In this document: positions 45,888 to 55,395 of the stretch, piece after piece
How the letters are laid out: every line of letters starts with the position of its first letter
How positions within the stretch are numbered: position 1 is the first letter of the stretch
From: Candidatus Latescibacterota bacterium
GTDB taxonomy: Bacteria > Latescibacterota > UBA2968 > UBA8231
Reading direction: 5' to 3'
DNA length: 64,000 bases
Assembly: GCA_965221775.1 (NCBI GenBank)
Contig: CBDCSU010000006.1
Location: 1,344,001 to 1,408,000 of the forward strand
Translations under genes and position numbers: made by a program
The notes under the pieces: generated by a model
Databases searched by the model: none
What the model was told of the DNA's origin: nothing
What the model saw: the letters and a program-made list of their open reading frames with translations, nothing else

Positions 45888-47418
45888 GGCTCGTCCAGAT
45901 CTCGACGTTGGCCACCGTCAGCGGCGGCCGCAGCCGCGGGTCCCGCTTCACGAGCACGACCTGGATCTCGTGCTCGCCCGACGCTGCCTGCGCCGGGTCC
46001 AGGTCCCACACGAGCCAGCTGTTCTCGTGCACGTCGGCGGGGCTCTGGGGATCCTCGGCGGCCTGGTTGCGTACCACCGGCGGACCCAGGGCGGCGCCGT
46101 CCAGGCTGACGGCGACCTCGTCGCCGGTGGGGGAAAAGTGCTCCATCTCGATGAGCAGCTGGGCGGCGGCGGCGCCGGGATCGTGGGTCGACAGGTGGAA
46201 GGTGGGGCCGTCGCCGGTCAGGGTGCGGTGCAGGTCGACGGGGACCTCGCCGTAGAGGCGGTCGTCGCGCTCGGAATCCTTGCGCAACGGATTGGTCCCG
46301 ATGCTGCGGTGGACGGCGGTGTAGGCCTTGTCGAGGCCGCGGAGGGTCTCGGTGGAGCCGATCGTCGTCAGCGACTCCCGGCGCAGGGTCTCCTCGGCGT
46401 GCCAGTTGAAGATGTAGATGCCGTGGGCGCCGCGGTCGAGGTGGCCCTGCGCCATGCCGGCGAACCAGCGGTCGCGCCAGCGGCCGTGGGGGACCAGGCG
46501 GCCGGCCTGCTGCCGGCTGTCGAAGTCGAAGCCCGGGTAGACCTGGATCTCCGTGCCCTCCACGAGCCGGAGGAACTCCTCGGTCTCGAAGCACGGGTCG
46601 GTGCCGGAGTTGCCGCCGCCGATGAGGAGGTCGCAGAGGCCCTCCTCGACCCAGGTCTCGACGTCGTAGCCGATGCGGCGGCACGCCTCCCGCGTCGCGG
46701 CGACACGGACGGCCACGGGGAAGGGCCGGCCGCGCTCCTCGCCCAGCGCCCGGGTCATGCGGCGCACCGCCCGCTGCAGGTCGGTGAGGGCGTAGCGCAG
46801 GCGGTACTCGTGCTCGGCGGGCAGGTGGAAGGCGTGGCGCTGCCAGTCCAGCTCGACGCCGTCCCAGTCGGCCAGCCGGCAGGCCTGGGTGATCAGCTCG
46901 AGCTTGTGGGCCCGCACCTCCGGGACGGCCATGTTCCACGAGGTGGCGCACCATCCCGGGGCCTGGTCCCCCAGGCACCACTCGGGATGCTCCTTGCGCA
47001 GGGCCGTCATCTCGTGGGCCGTGGAGCCCTGCATCGTCTCCAGGTCCTGGATCGACCAGAAGTGCTGGTCGTTCATGCGGATCGAGGGCCAGACGTCGAT
47101 CCCCAGCTCACGGCCACGGGCGACCATGGCCGCGTACGGGTCCTCGCCCCGCTCCAGCATGGACCGCAGGCTCTCCGTGTCCCTCATGGCCAGGACGCTG
47201 TCGTAGACCCGGCCCACGGAATCACCCTTCACGGGCAGGTCGTCGGACAGCCAGGTGGCCTCGTGGATCCCCATGCACCAGAACAGGGCGTCCACCTGGG
47301 TGCCGGCCAGCGGTGCGTAGACCTTCTGCAGGAAGGCCTCCATCGACTGGGGATACTCGTCGTAGTGGTGGGGAGCCCCGTCCCAGTTGTAGATGATCCG
47401 GTACGGTCTCTCGGCCAT
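45880..47418 (-). CDS. GHL10/DUF187-like glycoside-hydrolase-like TIM-barrel protein
   Basis: IYNWDG, SIRMNDQH, HPEW.LG, WDGVELDWQRH, GIYIFNW. Confidence 0.65.
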   Translation of the reverse strand: MAERPYRIIYNWDGAPHHYDEYPQSMEAFLQKVYAPLAGTQVDALFWCMGIHEATWLSDDLPVKGDSVGRVYDSVLAMRDTESLRSMLERGEDPYAAMVARGRELGIDVWPSIRMNDQHFWSIQDLETMQGSTAHEMTALRKEHPEWCLGDQAPGWCATSWNMAVPEVRAHKLELITQACRLADWDGVELDWQRHAFHLPAEHEYRLRYALTDLQRAVRRMTRALGEERGRPFPVAVRVAATREACRRIGYDVETWVEEGLCDLLIGGGNSGTDPCFETEEFLRLVEGTEIQVYPGFDFDSRQQAGRLVPHGRWRDRWFAGMAQGHLDRGAHGIYIFNWHAEETLRRESLTTIGSTETLRGLDKAYTAVHRSIGTNPLRKDSERDDRLYGEVPVDLHRTLTGDGPTFHLSTHDPGAAAAQLLIEMEHFSPTGDEVAVSLDGAALGPPVVRNQAAEDPQSPADVHENSWLVWDLDPAQAASGEHEIQVVLVKRDPRLRPPLTVANVEIWTSHE

Positions 47419-47419
47419 G

Positions 47420-48967
47420 CTACCGGTAGCGCACGTGGAGATCCACGTGCTCGACGCTCAGGGGAGGGGCGAGGCGGGGATCGCGGCTGACGAGGACCAC
47501 CTTGACCTTGTGCGAACCCCTCGCCACGTCCGCGGGATCCAGGTCCCAGACGAGCCACTTGTTCTCGGAGACTTCCGGCGGCTCCTGCACCATCTCCGCC
47601 ACGTCGCGGATCTCCGGCTCGCCGAGGGGCTCGCCGTCGAGGGTGACGGACACGGAGTCCCGCGGCGCCCAGTGGGCCATCTCGATGTGGAGCTGCAAGG
47701 ACCCGTCGTCGCCGACATCGTCGTGCAGGTTCAGCGTGAAGGTCGGTCCATCGCCGGTGAGACCGGGCATGAGCACGACCGAGGTCTCGCCGTAGATGCG
47801 GTCGTTCACGGCGTTGGCCAGGGGGTCCTCGTGCCAGGTGGCGCCGCGGCGCAGGGCCGAGAAGATCTTGTCCGTGCCCCGCAGGGTCTCCTCGGCGCCG
47901 AGGGTGCTCAGGAGCCCGGTCCAGTCGGCCTTTTTGGGGAACCAGTTGAAGGTGTAGATCCCGTCCGCCCCGTCGGCGAGATATCCCGCGGCCGTGGCCC
48001 GGAAGAAGGCCTCGCGCCACTCGAGGAGGCTCACCAGGCGGGCGGCCTCCTGCCGGTAGGAGCTGTCGAAGCCGCCGTAGAGGCGGATGCCGGTGCCGTC
48101 GGAGTGGCGCCGGAAGCCGGCCACCTCGAAGCCGGGATCGGTGGACGATCCGCCGGCGCCGATGAGGACGTCGCAGAGGCCCTCGCCGCACCAGCGGGGG
48201 ATGTCGTAGCCGATGCGCCGGCACGACTCCAGGGTGGTGGCCACGCGGGACGCCACGTGGAAGGGGCGACCCCTCTCGGCGGCGATGCCGTCGGCCATGC
48301 GGCGGACGGCGCGCTGCAGGTCGGTGAGGACGTAGCGCAGGCGGTAGCCGTCGTGCTGCGGCAGGTGGAAGGGGTGGCGCTGCCAGTCCAGCTCGACGCC
48401 GTCCCAGTCGGCCAGGGCGCAGGCCTCGCTGATGTAGGAGAGCTTGTGCTCGCGGACCTCGGCGTGGGCGAAGTTCCAGGAGCCGACGCCGCGGCTCTCT
48501 GGCACGTCGTCGACGTCCAGGAGCCACTCGGGATGGTCCTGCCGCAGCCGGGTGCCCTTGTTCAGCTTCCTGAACTCCCGCGGACGGGTGTTGTAGAAGT
48601 GGTTGTCGTTCATCCGCATGGAGACGTAGACGTGCATCCCGAGCTGGTGGCCGCGCTCGACCATGGCCTGGTACACGCTCTCGCCGGCCTCGAAGAGGCT
48701 CCACACGTTCTCGGCGTGGCGCATGGCGCGCACCGAGGCGTAGACGCGGCCGGTGCGCTCACCTTCGCGCTCGTGCACCTGCGAAGGCCAGAGGGCCTCG
48801 TGGCTGCCGATACTCCAGAACACGGCGTCCACCTGGGTGCCCTCGAGAGGGGCGTAGATGTGGTCCACGAGCTGCTCCGCCGACTGCGGATGCTCCCCGT
48901 AGGCGAGGCTGTCGCCGTCCCAGTTGAAGATGACGCGGTAGCGCGGAGGCGGGGGTCTCGAGGCCAT
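47420..48967 (-). CDS. GHL10/DUF187-like glycoside-hydrolase-like TIM-barrel protein (tandem paralog)
   Basis: IFNWDG, SMRMNDNH, HPEWLL, WDGVELDWQRH, GIYTFNW; closely colinear with 45880..47418. Confidence 0.65.
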   Translation of the reverse strand: MASRPPPPRYRVIFNWDGDSLAYGEHPQSAEQLVDHIYAPLEGTQVDAVFWSIGSHEALWPSQVHEREGERTGRVYASVRAMRHAENVWSLFEAGESVYQAMVERGHQLGMHVYVSMRMNDNHFYNTRPREFRKLNKGTRLRQDHPEWLLDVDDVPESRGVGSWNFAHAEVREHKLSYISEACALADWDGVELDWQRHPFHLPQHDGYRLRYVLTDLQRAVRRMADGIAAERGRPFHVASRVATTLESCRRIGYDIPRWCGEGLCDVLIGAGGSSTDPGFEVAGFRRHSDGTGIRLYGGFDSSYRQEAARLVSLLEWREAFFRATAAGYLADGADGIYTFNWFPKKADWTGLLSTLGAEETLRGTDKIFSALRRGATWHEDPLANAVNDRIYGETSVVLMPGLTGDGPTFTLNLHDDVGDDGSLQLHIEMAHWAPRDSVSVTLDGEPLGEPEIRDVAEMVQEPPEVSENKWLVWDLDPADVARGSHKVKVVLVSRDPRLAPPLSVEHVDLHVRYR

Positions 48968-49075
48968 GGCGAAGGCCGGAGAGGATAGCCGGCCCCCTTC
49001 GGTGCGTCCAGCGTTGTCCCGCAATGGGGGTTTCCCTAGCTTGGGCCGCCCCGCTTACCCGAGGAGAAGAGAGCC

Positions 49076-51106
49076 GTGAGCGATACGAATGGCATGCCCC
49101 TGATCACCGCCGACCAGGTCGGCGCACCGCCGGCCTGGGCCCTGCTGGAGCGCAATCTCATCGCCCAGATGGAGGAGGCGGCGCGGCTGCGGTTCCGCCA
49201 GTGCACCGAGCGCGGCGGGGCGATCCTCTACGCCGAGGACTTCGACGACCTCTTCGAGCAGTTCTACAACTGGGGCCTGTTCTACGCCATGGGCGCCGAC
49301 GACAGCCTCCTCGAGATGGCGGCCACGGCATGGAACGCCACGGCCCGCATCAGCGACGAGAACGTCGTCCACCGCACCCGCTTCAACGACCACAAGAAGG
49401 TCTTCCGCCCCTCGGCGCGGCGGGAGTTCTGGAACCTGCAGCAGGCGATGGAGTGGCACCATCTCGGCGAGGGCATGATGGCCTTCTACGACTTCGGCGT
49501 CGCCGACCCGACGATCTCGGAGATGGCCCGCCGGGCCCAGCTGTTCGCCGGGTTCTACACCGGTGAGGACCCGGAGGCCCCCAACTACGACCCGGTCCAC
49601 AAGGTCCTGCGCTCGCCTTTCCAGTCGAGCCAGGGTCCGCTGCAGGAAGCGAGCGCCGAGACCGCCCACGCCATGCTGCTGGCGGGCCGCTGGCTGGGGA
49701 GCGAAGTCAACTACTACGGCGTCCGCGCCAGCCTCTACCCCATCGTGGAGGACCTGGAGCTCGACTGGTGGGCGGACCCGGCGCGCCAGGCGGAGATCGT
49801 CGATCTCTTCAACAAGCTGATCCTGCAGGCGGACACGCCCAACAACCTGGGCGCCGCCGCCCTCGTGACCCACGCTTACCTCTACACGGGGGACGAGAAG
49901 TACAAGCGCTGGGTCCTGGACTACACCGAGGCGTGGATGGAGCGGGCGGCGAAGAACGGCGGCGTCATGCCCGACAACGTGGGACCGACCGGCATCGTCG
50001 GCGAGCGCCGCAACGGCAACTTCTGGGGCGGCCAGTACGGGTGGAACCACTACCAGGGCTTCAACATCATGTTCCACAGCCTCAACATCGCCGCCGAGTG
50101 CGCCGTGCTGATGACCGGGGACTTCGGCTACCTCGACCTGCTGCGCGACCAGGTCAAGGTCCTCCTGGACGCCTCCATCACGAGGGAGGACGGCCAGCTG
50201 ATCATGCCGACGCGCTACGGACCTTCCGGCTGGCAGTACGACCCGCCCCTGCCGCGGCGGGAGGACACGATCGTGCCCATGCGCCACGTCTACACCGGGC
50301 CGATGCCGTGGCGCATGCAGGAGCTGACCCACCTCTACCACGCCTCCATGTCGCAGGAGGACCGCGAGCTGATCGAGCGGGTGCGCGAGGGGGAGGTGGA
50401 GCGCGACTGGAACGACGTGGGCGAGACGGGCAGCGAGAAGAACTCGGGACAGACCGAGTTCGCCCGCTACCAGTACTACGAAGGCCGGAACCCGGACTGG
50501 CCCGAGAAGATCCTGTCCGCCGAGGCGGAGTGGTCGATGCAGGCGATCGACGAGATGCGCAAGGACGGACGCACGGCGATCGAGAGGCTGAAGGCGAACG
50601 CCATCCCCGCCAACCCGGTGCTGACCAAGGGCCTGACCCAGGTGACCATGGGGACTCCCCAGTCGATCTACAACGGCGGGCTGCTGCGCGCCACGGTCCG
50701 CTACTACGACGCCGACGAAGAGCGCCCCGGGCTGCCCGCCGACGTGGCCGCCCTCGTGGACCATCTCGACGCCGGTTCCGTGGGAGTCCAGCTGGTGAAC
50801 TGCAGCCGCGACGAGTCCCGCCGCCTGATCGTGCAGGCCGGCGCCTTCGGCGAGCACACCTTCACCGAGGTGCGGACGGACAGCGGCGACGGCGAGTCAC
50901 CGGCCGCCACCGCCGTCAACGGCCGCTACGTCGCCGTCGACCTGCCGCCGGCCGCCAAGGTCCGCCTCGAGGCCAGCCTCTCGCGGTTCAGCAACGACCC
51001 GAGCTACGCCTTCCCCTGGCACGGGGAGGAGATCCCCATCCCCTTCCCGGTCAATCCGCAGGAGAGCGGCCGGTCCGGGTCGGCGTACGTGGCGCCCTCG
51101 GGCTGA
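49076..51106 (+). CDS. Uncharacterised ~650-aa 'PPxWALL' family protein, paralog 4
   Basis: GAGGAG RBS; PPAWALLERNL, DDLFE, WHHLGEG, PDNVGPTG, VQAGAFGEHTFT. Confidence 0.85.
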   Translation: MSDTNGMPLITADQVGAPPAWALLERNLIAQMEEAARLRFRQCTERGGAILYAEDFDDLFEQFYNWGLFYAMGADDSLLEMAATAWNATARISDENVVHRTRFNDHKKVFRPSARREFWNLQQAMEWHHLGEGMMAFYDFGVADPTISEMARRAQLFAGFYTGEDPEAPNYDPVHKVLRSPFQSSQGPLQEASAETAHAMLLAGRWLGSEVNYYGVRASLYPIVEDLELDWWADPARQAEIVDLFNKLILQADTPNNLGAAALVTHAYLYTGDEKYKRWVLDYTEAWMERAAKNGGVMPDNVGPTGIVGERRNGNFWGGQYGWNHYQGFNIMFHSLNIAAECAVLMTGDFGYLDLLRDQVKVLLDASITREDGQLIMPTRYGPSGWQYDPPLPRREDTIVPMRHVYTGPMPWRMQELTHLYHASMSQEDRELIERVREGEVERDWNDVGETGSEKNSGQTEFARYQYYEGRNPDWPEKILSAEAEWSMQAIDEMRKDGRTAIERLKANAIPANPVLTKGLTQVTMGTPQSIYNGGLLRATVRYYDADEERPGLPADVAALVDHLDAGSVGVQLVNCSRDESRRLIVQAGAFGEHTFTEVRTDSGDGESPAATAVNGRYVAVDLPPAAKVRLEASLSRFSNDPSYAFPWHGEEIPIPFPVNPQESGRSGSAYVAPSG

Positions 51107-51113
51107 GGGGCCT

Positions 51114-52298
51114 TCAGCCGGCGCCCCCGGCCGAGGAGAGCACCCGCAGGACGTTCTCCCCCAGGATGCGGGCGGCGTCCCTCCCGGAGTAGCCGTGGGC
51201 GAGCAGGTCCGCGGTGTACTCCTTCCACTGGGGCACGCTCTGGGCGTGGCTCGCCAGGCCGACGTGATCGACCCCGGCCACGTCGACCAGGTGGTCGATG
51301 GTGTCCAGGTCGAGCTTGGTGCCCCAGACCTCGGCGTCGGCCAGCTTGGCGCGGGCCCGCTCGAAGGGGTCGGCGTAGCGGCGGTGCAGATCGTCGTCGC
51401 GGCGCCGCCGAGCCTGGTGGCGTTCGAGAGGGGTCCTCGACGCCGGCGCCAGGGCGCAGACCACGCCTCCCCCCTCCGCCACCCCCCGCAGCAGTTCGTC
51501 CGGCATGTCGCGCAGACTCCCGCTCAGGGCCCGGGCCTTGGTGTGGGTGGCCAGCATCGGCCGGGTGGCCGCGGTCAGGACTCCCCGGCAGGTGTAGTCG
51601 GAGCAGTGGGCCAGGTCGACGATGACGCCCAGCTCCTCGCAGGCGCCGATCACCTCGCGGCCGAAGGCGGTCAGGCCGGGGGGGTCGTTGAGCTCGGCGC
51701 TGGAGTCGGCCCAGGAGGTGGCGCTCAGGTGGCTGGGGCACAGGACCCGCACGCCCCGGCGGTGGTACTCGCGCAGCACGTCCAGGCTGTCGGCGATGAA
51801 ACCGCTCACCAGCATGAGCACCATGGCGACGCGGCCGCCGGCGACGATCCTGGCGACGTCATCCCCCGAGCATGCGACCTCGATGTGGTCGGCGCAGGCC
51901 TCGGCGAATTGCCGGTGCTCGTCGAGGTTCATCAGCACCCGCTCGACGAGTTCCTCCCCCTCGAAGAACGGCTGCCACTGACGGGCGCCGCGGGCCGGCT
52001 CGGCCAGCGGATCGAGGAGCGGCGCCTCGGCCACGTAGCGCTCCTCCACCCCGAAGGCCTGGATCACCACGTCGATGCCCCCGCGCAGGATCTCCTCCAA
52101 GTCGACGGCCGCCGAGTAGGCGTCGACCACGGTGAGGCGCCGGTGCAACGGGTCGTGGGGACCGTGGTCGAAGCGGTCGTCGAGGACGTAGTTGGTCGTC
52201 GTGTCCAGCCGGCCGATCTTTCGGCCCAGGGGCAGGCCCAGGCGCGCGGCCTCCCGGCTGTCGACGTGGCGGGTGGCGATGTCGGGCCGGTCACTCAT
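51114..52298 (-). CDS. Membrane (renal-type, M19) dipeptidase-like protein, atypical active site
   Basis: GLTAFGREVI..C.ELG.IVDLAH, P.LATHT, R.MPD..L..VA..GG, HL.DVAGVDHVG, ILGEN.LRV. Start 52298 or 52319. Confidence 0.75.
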   Translation of the reverse strand: MSDRPDIATRHVDSREAARLGLPLGRKIGRLDTTTNYVLDDRFDHGPHDPLHRRLTVVDAYSAAVDLEEILRGGIDVVIQAFGVEERYVAEAPLLDPLAEPARGARQWQPFFEGEELVERVLMNLDEHRQFAEACADHIEVACSGDDVARIVAGGRVAMVLMLVSGFIADSLDVLREYHRRGVRVLCPSHLSATSWADSSAELNDPPGLTAFGREVIGACEELGVIVDLAHCSDYTCRGVLTAATRPMLATHTKARALSGSLRDMPDELLRGVAEGGGVVCALAPASRTPLERHQARRRRDDDLHRRYADPFERARAKLADAEVWGTKLDLDTIDHLVDVAGVDHVGLASHAQSVPQWKEYTADLLAHGYSGRDAARILGENVLRVLSSAGGAG

Positions 52299-52311
52299 GA
52301 GGAGAGGATCG

Positions 52312-53133
52312 ATGATCACCGATGGCTTGATGGCCGACTACGACCGTGAAGGATACGCAATCCTCGAGCAAGTCATTCCCCCGGAGTCGTTGAGCCGGGT
52401 GCAGGAGAGTTACGAGGAGACGATCGGGGCGGCCCTGGGCCTCGGCCTCGCCCCTCGGGACGAGACCACGGGGTTCCTCCAAGGCTACCGCTTCCAGAAC
52501 CCCCACCACCCCTCCCTGGCGCGGCGGCCTCTCATGGAGGCCCTCGGCGCTCCCGCCATCCTCGCCTTCGCGCGGCAGCTCTGCGGCGAGGAGGCGGCGA
52601 TGCACGGAGTCGCCGCCTTCGCCATGAACGAGGAGTTCGACTACCGGGGCTCATGGCACCGGGACTCCTACTTCGCCTGGGTCAAGGACTCGCCCACGGA
52701 GAGACGGCTGCGGGAGATCGAGAGGCTCCCGGCGACGCAGGTCCTGGTGGCCCTCGAGGACGACGCCTCCTTCTGGTACGTCCCCGGCTCCCACAACCGC
52801 GCCAACACCGCCGAGGAGGAGGAGGGCTACGACGAAGCGCTCTCCGGCTGGGACGCGGAGACGGTGCGCCCCGGCGCCCTGCAGGTCCGGCTCACGGCCG
52901 GCAGCGCCGCGCCCTTCGACGCACGGGGGATCCACCGCGGGCTGAAGGGTCCGGGCGCTCGCCGCCGTTCCCTCTTCATCGTCTACGGAAGCGCCGGGCT
53001 GGCCGCGGAATCGTCGGTGGTCAGCGACTGGGCACGGGATCCGGAGTACGCGGAAGCGGCCTATCTCGACTCGCTGCCGGTGCCGTTCCGCGAGTCGATG
53101 GAGCGGACCCTGGCGGCTGTCGGCGAAGCCTGA
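52312..53133 (+). CDS. Phytanoyl-CoA dioxygenase (PhyH)-like Fe(II)/2-oxoglutarate oxygenase
   Basis: Y.REGY.IL, WHRD (HxD), VPGSH, distal His in GIHRG, R..L. Start 52312 or 52330. Confidence 0.8.
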   Translation: MITDGLMADYDREGYAILEQVIPPESLSRVQESYEETIGAALGLGLAPRDETTGFLQGYRFQNPHHPSLARRPLMEALGAPAILAFARQLCGEEAAMHGVAAFAMNEEFDYRGSWHRDSYFAWVKDSPTERRLREIERLPATQVLVALEDDASFWYVPGSHNRANTAEEEEGYDEALSGWDAETVRPGALQVRLTAGSAAPFDARGIHRGLKGPGARRRSLFIVYGSAGLAAESSVVSDWARDPEYAEAAYLDSLPVPFRESMERTLAAVGEA

Positions 53134-53192
53134 ACGCCCGACCTCCGCAGGCGCTCAGCCCGCTTTTTCCGCCCCCTCGCATGAACCCGCCG

Positions 53193-54320
53193 TCAGCGGT
53201 TCGGGAGCCCTTTCGTGTCACGAAGGCGGGCGCCGGCAAGTTTGGCAGACCTTAGATTCCTCGCGTCCCTCAGGTCGGCGCTTTCCAGGTTTGCGTCGAA
53301 CAACTTGGCCTCCAGCAGGTTCGCCCCTCGCAGGTCTGCGCCGGCCAAGTTTGCGTCGTAGAGGGAGGCACGGGACAGGTCCGCGCCTCGGAGGTCGGCA
53401 CCGGCTAGGTCTGCCTCTGCCAGATCCGCGCCCGCCAAGCTCGCGTCTCGCAGATTGGCATCTCTAAGGTCGGCACCGGACAAGTCCGCCCCGGCCAAGT
53501 TCGCGTCGACGAAGTCGGCTCGGGTCAGATCCGCACCTTCCAGGTCCGCCCCGGCCAGGTACACATCGGACAGGTCCGCATCGGCCAGGACGACGAACGG
53601 CAGCTTCGCCTTGTAGAGGGATGCACCGGACAGGTCCGCTCCCCGCAGATAGGCCCCTGCCAGATTCACGTGCTGTCCCTTCGTGCCCCGAAAGCTGGTA
53701 TACGTCGTGTCGGTCCCCGGAACGTCTGTTTCGACGAATGCGGAGTCTAGCGTCGTAAGATCCCCGCGTGCGATCCAGTTCACCTCTTCCAGGTTCGCAT
53801 TCTCAAGGATGGCACCTGCCAACTCAGTCCGGCGGAGATCCGCCCTGGCCAAGTCCGCGCCACGCAAGTCGGCCTTCGACAGGTTCGCGCCATAAAGCGC
53901 AGTGTCGACTAGCTTCGCGTCCCCCAGATCGGCTCCGGACGCCCGTAGAAGCCGCAGATCGGCCCCGGACAGGCTCACGCCGCGCAGATACGCCCCATCC
54001 AGATCCGCCACCACCAGTGGCCCTGCGGCACCGATGCCGAGTCCCAGATTGGGTAGGGCCAGCTCGCCTGCTGCGGCCAAGCTGTCGTACACCGTCCGCT
54101 GGCGGGCAATGTGGTTCCGCAAGGCCTCCTTGTCGGCCTCCGTCAACTCGCCACGCTGAACCTCGAAGTTCAGGCAGTACCACGTCGTGAAGTCGGGCGG
54201 ATCGGCCGCGGCTGGGCCGGAGACGCTCAAGACGACCGCCCACACCAGGGCTCGCCGTCGGACAACGGGCGAGACGAGGCCTTCTGGAATCATCTTTGGC
54301 TTGTCACATCTATGCCACAC
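53193..54320 (-). CDS. Pentapeptide-repeat protein with probable signal peptide
   Basis: Long A(D/N)LxG/A(D/N)Lxx tandem arrays in two blocks; N-terminal hydrophobic segment …GPAAA-D. Start uncertain. Confidence 0.85.
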   Translation of the reverse strand: MWHRCDKPKMIPEGLVSPVVRRRALVWAVVLSVSGPAAADPPDFTTWYCLNFEVQRGELTEADKEALRNHIARQRTVYDSLAAAGELALPNLGLGIGAAGPLVVADLDGAYLRGVSLSGADLRLLRASGADLGDAKLVDTALYGANLSKADLRGADLARADLRRTELAGAILENANLEEVNWIARGDLTTLDSAFVETDVPGTDTTYTSFRGTKGQHVNLAGAYLRGADLSGASLYKAKLPFVVLADADLSDVYLAGADLEGADLTRADFVDANLAGADLSGADLRDANLRDASLAGADLAEADLAGADLRGADLSRASLYDANLAGADLRGANLLEAKLFDANLESADLRDARNLRSAKLAGARLRDTKGLPNR

Positions 54321-54453
54321 ATAGCAAATCCAAGGGCATGAAGCGAGGATCTGTGGGAAGGCACTACTTCACTATGACTATGCTATGCCTCTCGCGGATG
54401 CTATCTGATCGTGACTGGCGCATCCAGAGCATGCCGAGTTCCTGAACGTTGCA

Positions 54454-55395
54454 TCAGTGCTTGGAGTCCTCTGACGCATTGAATGACTGCGGTAGAACCA
54501 TCGGTTCGGGAAATCCCACATTCCCGATCAGGAAGTCTGACACTCTCGAACCCTCCTCCTCGTGCTCCATACCCTGTATTGCTTCAACAAAACGATTGCA
54601 CACGAAGTTGTGGTACCCGGCCATCCACCGGTACTTCTCATTTACTCGTGGAGAGGAGAGTGTCTCTTGGAGAGCTTCTTCGAGAGCATCCTTGTGGTCT
54701 GATAGGAGCTCAAACCAAATCGGTCCATCAGGCCAAGCCGAGAACACAACAGGCAAGTAATCAAGAAACACCAAGCCGTCGTTGTCCATCAGCAAGTCTG
54801 TGTAGTGTGGGGTATCTTGGATGTCTCCACCATAGAATCGAAGCTGGCGTCCTAGGAGACGCATGACTGACGGAGCGAGGACGATGCGAGGTGGACTTCC
54901 AGGCTCCTCCATTCTCACAGCTTCGACCAAGGCATCCCCAAAGGCAAAATCACGGTCCATGTAGTGCATTCCCGCTGCGATTCCGCCTCGGACAGGAAAG
55001 CCCTTGCTGCTGAGCAGTGCCTGGTACATCTGCAGAACCCACAGCATTCCCGCAAATTCGGGCTCACCTGCATCATAGTCTGGTGTCCGCAACGCTTGCG
55101 AGACCACCACGTTGTCCGTGAAAGTGCGCACTTGATATGACGGCTCCTGCTTCCCGAAGACTCTCTTCAACACTTCCTTCCGCACCCATCTGTGGGCTTG
55201 CTTGAGAGTAGACTGTGCTTTTTGGAGAAACTCCTCCGCGGTTCCATCCCTGATGGCCTTGAGGCTTCGCTCGCTCCAGCCCAGGATGTCAGCATGGCAC
55301 ACGAAGGACTCACGTAGTAGTGGGCGATCACTCACCTCTCGCTCCATCATGGACTCAAGTGAAAATATCCAGCGGGGAATCAACCCCATTCCCAT
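54454..55395 (-). CDS. Hypothetical protein with class III nucleotidyl-cyclase-like motifs; low GC
   Basis: CHADILGWS, FTDNVV, PVRGGIAAG, FGDALVEAVRME; the DNA is visibly AT-richer than its flanks. Start uncertain. Confidence 0.55.
   Translation of the reverse strand: MGMGLIPRWIFSLESMMEREVSDRPLLRESFVCHADILGWSERSLKAIRDGTAEEFLQKAQSTLKQAHRWVRKEVLKRVFGKQEPSYQVRTFTDNVVVSQALRTPDYDAGEPEFAGMLWVLQMYQALLSSKGFPVRGGIAAGMHYMDRDFAFGDALVEAVRMEEPGSPPRIVLAPSVMRLLGRQLRFYGGDIQDTPHYTDLLMDNDGLVFLDYLPVVFSAWPDGPIWFELLSDHKDALEEALQETLSSPRVNEKYRWMAGYHNFVCNRFVEAIQGMEHEEEGSRVSDFLIGNVGFPEPMVLPQSFNASEDSKH

Noticed and set aside
53250-54010. 15-bp periodic DNA repeats resembling an array
   Set aside because: Explained by pentapeptide-repeat coding; there are no constant repeats with unique spacers, so this is not CRISPR.
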